IMG/VR virus record: IMGVR_UViG_3300009537_000008
Location: 1-62,855 of that record
DNA from: a virus
Lineage: Duplodnaviria > Caudoviricetes
Strand: one strand, 5' to 3'
Length of the DNA stretch: 62,855 nt
The notes under the pieces were generated by a model that did not search any database, was not told the DNA's origin, and saw only the letters and a program-made list of their open reading frames with translations. Below are positions 60,918 to 62,855 of the stretch, piece after piece (position 1 is the first letter of the stretch; every line of letters starts with the position of its first letter). The position numbers were made by a program, and so were the translations under genes.

Positions 60918-61154
60918 TTATTTTTCTTCAAATTTCTGTAAGATTATCTGTTTTATAGTATTAATAGCTGAGTTGGGATCAACACTAAAGAACGTTAGAG
61001 ACCCATAAACTTTAGCAATCTCATATAAAGTTATAGTACATTGAGCGCCATCGTCTCTGGTTAATATAGCAATGCTATCAGGCCCGGGGGTTGACATTTG
61101 AATATGTTCCACCTCCAATAATTCTAATAGCATTGCTAATCCTGATGTCATCAT
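60918..61154 (-). CDS. Hypothetical protein
   Basis: Coupled small ORF. Confidence 0.55.
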   Translation of the reverse strand: MMTSGLAMLLELLEVEHIQMSTPGPDSIAILTRDDGAQCTITLYEIAKVYGSLTFFSVDPNSAINTIKQIILQKFEEK

Positions 61155-61606
61155 AATTTCTTTTTAGGTAGAGACTGGCCAACAGTAAATTTAGTTAGCG
61201 TATCTAAATCCTTTTGATTCATAAACCGGTTCCAAAGGAATATACGATTAGGGAAACTTGGATCAGCTTCTAATGTGGCTACCCGCCTATCACCTTCTCT
61301 CATATATTCAAATGGCGTTATTCTGACCCAATTATTTTCCTTTGCATTAAGAATTTCCATCAATATCCTTGTATGATCCTTGGGCACTGATACAAAATAT
61401 GCATAACATACTTCATACTCCTTATCCATAAAATATTTAAAGACCCAGTCTACTTCTTGATCATAATATAATATGTATTCAGTATTATGTTCTAAAAAAG
61501 TTTTAGATGCGTTTTCTTTAATAATCCATTTAGAGGATTGTCCTAATTGAGCGTGAGTGATTGAATATCCCAGCGTCAATACTAAAACTAATAGTAGATT
61601 CTTCAT
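61151..61606 (-). CDS. Secreted hypothetical protein
   Basis: Signal peptide MKNLLLVLVLTLGYSITHA-Q; Gln at +1 is typical of Bacteroidetes signal peptides. Confidence 0.65.
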   Translation of the reverse strand: MKNLLLVLVLTLGYSITHAQLGQSSKWIIKENASKTFLEHNTEYILYYDQEVDWVFKYFMDKEYEVCYAYFVSVPKDHTRILMEILNAKENNWVRITPFEYMREGDRRVATLEADPSFPNRIFLWNRFMNQKDLDTLTKFTVGQSLPKKKL

Positions 61607-61833
61607 TCGTATATGTTTATACTGGGATCAATAGTAGAATTTGAACTCCAGCCCTTTCGTAAAGCATAATCAAATACCCACCAAGAAAGATATCCAATAA
61701 ACCAGGCAAGTGCAGTCCAGTATTCCGATGGGTATTCAGCAGATAACTTGCCCATCCCAAATAGTAATCCCCACACTGTTAAAAAAATTATAGCCGCTTT
61801 AATTTTGTCTTTTGTTGTTTTGTGTAATGACAT
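61603..61833 (-). CDS. Small two-TM membrane protein
   Basis: Two hydrophobic helices. Confidence 0.6.
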   Translation of the reverse strand: MSLHKTTKDKIKAAIIFLTVWGLLFGMGKLSAEYPSEYWTALAWFIGYLSWWVFDYALRKGWSSNSTIDPSINIYE

Positions 61834-61839
61834 TGTTAA

Positions 61840-62169
61840 TTAATTTTGATTAGTATGATTTTTAAATCCGATAATTGTATTTGTAGGATTATTGACTTTT
61901 GAAGAATCCCCCTGTAACTGTTGGTTTTCATATGCTAATTCATCAGCTTCCTGATTTATTGATTGTAATTGATTTAATGCAGAATGATAATTATTAAGTA
62001 ATTCATTAAAATTAATCACTGCGTCACATAATGTAACTAACGCCACTGTTGAAAACACCCCAGTTAATACTGGATATTCCTGATAGACAATCACTGCGGC
62101 TGTTATATAACAGGCCATATTTACTATAGGCCTTATTCCGAATTTGAAGATGTTGCTTATATTATTCAT
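61840..62169 (-). CDS. Small membrane protein with coiled coil
   Basis: Two hydrophobic segments then coil; TIIGFK tail. Confidence 0.6.
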   Translation of the reverse strand: MNNISNIFKFGIRPIVNMACYITAAVIVYQEYPVLTGVFSTVALVTLCDAVINFNELLNNYHSALNQLQSINQEADELAYENQQLQGDSSKVNNPTNTIIGFKNHTNQN

Positions 62170-62348
62170 TTTTTTGTATACTCCCCTGATTTTAATTTAT
62201 TAATAAGCTCTGCTCGTTTTGTTATAAGAGCTTCATACACATCATTCTCGATTGGCGATCCAGCATCCATTGATCCGTAATCAGCTTCCATTTGAGCTAT
62301 CTCAGCGCTAGTAACTATTAATTCGTCTAATGTTTCTTGATAATTCAT
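62166..62348 (-). CDS. Hypothetical protein
   Basis: Coupled small ORF. Confidence 0.55.
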   Translation of the reverse strand: MNYQETLDELIVTSAEIAQMEADYGSMDAGSPIENDVYEALITKRAELINKLKSGEYTKK

Positions 62349-62436
62349 ATATAATTATTTAAAGTTTAGAAAACGCCCACTGCTACTTGGAGGCAAGTTA
62401 ATATCTCATTCATGAGCATTGGTTAATTTTATTACA

Positions 62437-62468
62437 TAAATATAATGATAATTTTTCAGATTACCAAA
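62437..62468 (-). promoter_or_regulatory. Bacteroidetes-type promoter
   Basis: TTTGgtaatctg...cat-TATATTTA, 20-nt spacer. Confidence 0.75.
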
Positions 62469-62530
62469 TTTATTTTACTTAAAGCTGAACTTTAATCTCC
62501 CAATATCGGAGTTGTAAAACATTAAAACGA

Positions 62531-62768
62531 TGCCATAACACGGTATATAAAAAATTAATTTACTACCATCCCTAATTGCTTTTTAACTATCTCAATCAAA
62601 CTTGTGGATATACGTTCTGCGATACATTCAATGTGTTCGTGTTCATCAGCCCAAGCGTTCCATTCGAGCATTAGTTTACCACAAGTTTTACACTTTGGTT
62701 GTTCTGATATTATTATTTTTCTTTCCATACTCGTAAATTAACTTCTTATATACCGAAACCGTTAGGCA
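62531..62768 (+). mobile_element. attC-like imperfect inverted repeat enclosing a small gene
   Basis: Arms 62531-62563 and 62733-62768; inner 23 nt complementary at 21; outer cores CCATAAC and GTTAGGC (GTTRRRY). Confidence 0.6.
62555..62728 (-). CDS. 57-aa Cys/His-containing protein inside the attC-like loop (absent from ORF track)
   Basis: MERKIIISEQPKCKTCGKLM...HEHIEC...MVVN*. Confidence 0.65.
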   Translation of the reverse strand: MERKIIISEQPKCKTCGKLMLEWNAWADEHEHIECIAERISTSLIEIVKKQLGMVVN

Positions 62769-62853
62769 AAAGTGTGGCAAGAAAGTTTTGTCTATAATTT
62801 GAAATTTTGTAGTTGCCACCCCTTCGCATAACAACGGCTAAAACGACAATATT
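62746..62853 (-). CDS. 3' end of an ORF entering from the window edge
   Basis: ...NIVVLAVVMRRGGNYK...PNGFGI* open frame reading through the repeat arms. Confidence 0.4.
   Translation of the reverse strand, partial: NIVVLAVVMRRGGNYKISNYRQNFLATLLPNGFGI
62761..62832. repeat. Second inverted repeat sharing the GTTAGGC core
   Basis: gttaggcaaaagtgtggcaa (62761-62780) vs ttgccaccccttcgcataac (62813-62832), 16/20 complementary. Confidence 0.75.
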
Positions 62854-62855
62854 TA

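Noticed and set aside
1-62855. tRNA genes or alternative genetic code
   Set aside because: No cloverleaf recognised in the short intergenic gaps; standard-code ORFs tile densely with intact motifs

Overview
AT-rich segment of a large T4-like (myovirus) phage genome, almost entirely on the minus strand. The host is most likely a Bacteroidetes: eight TTTG-N20-TAnnTTTA promoters, a phage-encoded ribosomal protein bS21, and few Shine-Dalgarno sites. Left to right it carries: a free-standing Zn-finger/Vsr-like endonuclease inserted at the end of the major capsid gene; the head module (capsid, scaffold, prohead protease, portal, large terminase); a dispersed family of small genes sharing an N-terminal MKKSELKQIIKEEL..LxE leader fused to unrelated cargoes; a glycosylation cassette (GT4+TibC/Aah-like heptosyltransferase, GT8-like, GT4+2xFkbM) next to a 1748-aa fibre with ~1100 residues of Gly-(Ser/Thr)-(Ser/Thr) triplets; a fused SbcD-SbcC, primase and resolvase-like nuclease; the baseplate module; a gp55-like late sigma factor; an HD hydrolase; a MoxR-VWA pair; small early genes; and at the right edge interlocking integron attC-like inverted repeats with a small gene inside the hairpin loop. 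Best candidates for undescribed systems: (1) phage-encoded virion O-glycosylation with a recurring (S/T)-(G/A/S)-S motif in structural proteins, (2) a modular capsid-targeting leader + variable cargo family, (3) gene-bearing attC-like cassettes in a phage. All product calls are from motif recognition by eye; no database searches were run.
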